From Felis catus (Eukaryota): a stretch of DNA of 64,000 nucleotides. The stretch lies in the NCBI RefSeq assembly GCF_018350175.1, contig NC_058368.1:235106001-235170000 (forward strand), given 5' to 3'. Below are positions 62,232 to 64,000 of this stretch, piece by piece. The position numbers and the translations under genes are program-made. Numbering within the stretch: the stretch's first letter is position 1; every line of letters begins with the position of its first letter. Below the pieces are notes generated by a model. It was not told where the DNA came from, searched no databases, and saw nothing but the letters and a program-made list of their open reading frames with translations.

Positions 62232-62253
62232 ATGCGCGCGAACGCACGCACAC
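62190..62253. repeat. (GT)n microsatellite extended by alternating purine-pyrimidine sequence
   Basis: About 20 GT units followed by gcatgcgcgcg...cgcacgcacac. Confidence 0.95.
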
Positions 62254-63009
62254 GGAGGGGTTGTGTTACTGGGCAAGGATGTCATGAAAGACTTGAGCTG
62301 ATTCCAGACTCAAGTTGGACAGCAGCATGAGAGAAGAAGGAATTGCCTACTGGAATTCCAAAGCAGACTCAAGGGGCCCCCCTATTTGAAACAGGTGGGA
62401 GTGAGGGATACTCTATGCAGCCAAGCAGGACGTCAAACTGTAAAACCGTGAAACCGAGGGAGGGGGTCCCGCAGACCAGCAAGTCCCTCTACCTGGGCAA
62501 GAATTTGAGAGTCAAAACCAAACTAGTCCAGGCTTGGTCTATTAGTCGGTCCAGTTAAACATTCTTGAGTAGAACAAGGAAGTTGGGGTGGAGCCAGGAA
62601 CCAGGGTCCTCTTGCGGGGTGGGGAACAAGAGCGCCTTCAAGAAACGGTAAGTCAAAGTGCCAGGCTGTGGCAATGCAGATGGGGGCACGCAGGTGAGCA
62701 TGGCTCCGGCAATCCTTACGGTGAAGGGGCGGGGGTGGGTCAGGCCAGTGGAACACAGCGGCTGGAGCCACGGGGTTTGGATACTGGCATGCATGCAACC
62801 TAAAACAGGTAGAGACTTCTGGAGAAGCATCCACGGCAAACAAAGAAACTTCTGAGAAGCATCCCATCCATGGGGAGAATGGATGATCAGAGAACTCACC
62901 CTGGAATAAGCATTTTGTTAAATCCAGGTCAGTTGAAAGGGACAGGAGAGTGTCACTGGCCTGGAGTTGGACTTGAGTCCTGCCGTTTACTCGTGTTGAA
63001 TTTCTACAA

Positions 63010-63145
63010 GTTCTATAGCTTCTGTGCTTCCATTTGTTGGGAACAACAATAATACTCCCGCTCACAGTGATAATGTGAGGATTAGCGTCTTTTTATTTGC
63101 ACCATGTCCAGCCCACAATCCAGGCTCAGTAAGTTCAGCTGTTAA
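63010..63145 (+). mobile_element. MIR fragment
   Basis: tctgtgcttcc...aataatactcc...ctcacag...tgtgaggatta...ctcagtaagtt. Confidence 0.55.
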
Positions 63146-63293
63146 TGAAAATATAACATAGAAAGAAAATCAGATCATAAGCAGGACGGAGGCTGTCCAG
63201 GGCGTCCAGATAACTGAGCTCAGCTGAGCCAACCCACATTCACCCCCAGGGTCGGCGCTGGCCTTCGTGCGCACCCAGATTCTTCCTCCACTG

Positions 63294-63375
63294 CAGGATT
63301 GGCCGCGGAATTAGCGGGGCTCAGTGCAGGGCCTCTTGTTCAAAATTATGGAGAGCTTCAAGACAGCGCAGAGAC
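63294..63375 (-). mobile_element. MER45-like fragment
   Basis: aattagcggggctcagtgca...cttgttcaaaattat...ttcaagacagcg. Confidence 0.6.
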
Positions 63376-63389
63376 AAGTCCAGGTAGAT

Positions 63390-63865
63390 ACACAGAGTAA
63401 AAGTAAACGGACGAAACTCAACAGTGACAATTAGAGACAGGGTTGAATTTTGAAATCCAACTACATGTTACATCTAAAGGACACATCTGAACGTACAGAC
63501 CCAGAAAGGGCGGAAGTAAAACTACAGGAAGGTGTAAATACGCAAATGCTAATCATAAGAGCGCTGAGCTCACTGTTTTGATAGCAATGAAAACTTTAAG
63601 GCGAAAAGCATTTTAGGCCCAGAGAGGGTCACTACAAAATAATTTTGTAAATCAGCTCAGTGAGAGCAGGTAAAAATTCTAAGCTCTGTGAAGCTTGTAA
63701 AATGTTCCTAAATATTTAAATAAAGTATTGACAGATATACAGGGAGGAAATGAAAATCTACCCATATGGTGTGGTCTTTCAACACTGTTCTCAATGACCG
63801 TTAGCTCAAACAGGGAGAAATTACCAAAGGTACAGAGAAGGGTTGAACAACACAGTTGATGGATA
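63390..63865 (+). mobile_element. Decayed L1 ORF2 endonuclease-domain fragment
   Basis: Degenerate equivalents of NVNGLN, PTICCLQETH, ANxNQKKAGVA, EGHY, LQGEIDKST, DFNT and LNNT motifs, in the expected order. Confidence 0.75.
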
Positions 63866-63869
63866 ATTT

Positions 63870-64000
63870 TTATTTTTTTCAACTTTTTTTTTTATGAAAG
63901 AGAGAGAGAGAGAGAGAGCACAAGCAGGGGAGGGGCAGAGAGAGAGGAGACACAGAATCCGAAGCAGGCTTCAGGCTCTGAGCTGTCAGCACAGAGCCCG
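63870..64000 (-). mobile_element. SINEC_Fc element, cut by the window edge
   Basis: T tail, (GA)n and ggagacacagaatccgaagcaggct...gagctgtcagcacagagcccg. Confidence 0.93.

Noticed and set aside
1..64000. Naming the chromosome, neighbouring gene or exact species
   Set aside because: There is no coding or otherwise diagnostic anchor in the window. Only a felid-level assignment from repeat content is supportable.

Overview
Mammalian, almost certainly felid (cat-family), non-coding genomic DNA. The assignment rests on many tRNA-derived Can-SINEs of the SINEC_Fc type and L1_Fc/L1_Carn-type 3' ends. I recognise no protein-coding gene, exon chain or functional RNA gene. The ORF track is explained by SINE, L1, ERV and simple-repeat translations and by chance ORFs. 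Much of the window is interspersed repeat: about 20 Can-SINEs, old and young L1 pieces, L2/MIR, MaLR/ERVL/ERV1 LTRs, a decayed ERVL pol fragment, and Tigger/Charlie/hAT-Tip100 DNA transposons. Between the repeats are unique tracts rich in homeodomain, POU and SOX motifs that resemble developmental enhancers. I found no credible novel biological system. The most notable structures are a local inverted duplication (42371-43405), a homogeneous 12 x 37-bp minisatellite with repeated CGAGTCA motifs next to a consensus splice donor, an old L1 with twin-priming 5' inversion geometry, a SINE dimer inside a single TSD, and a MER96B-like hAT that retains transposase sequence. Repeat family names come from my recall of consensus sequences, not from a RepeatMasker/Dfam run. 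Boundaries of old repeats are approximate.
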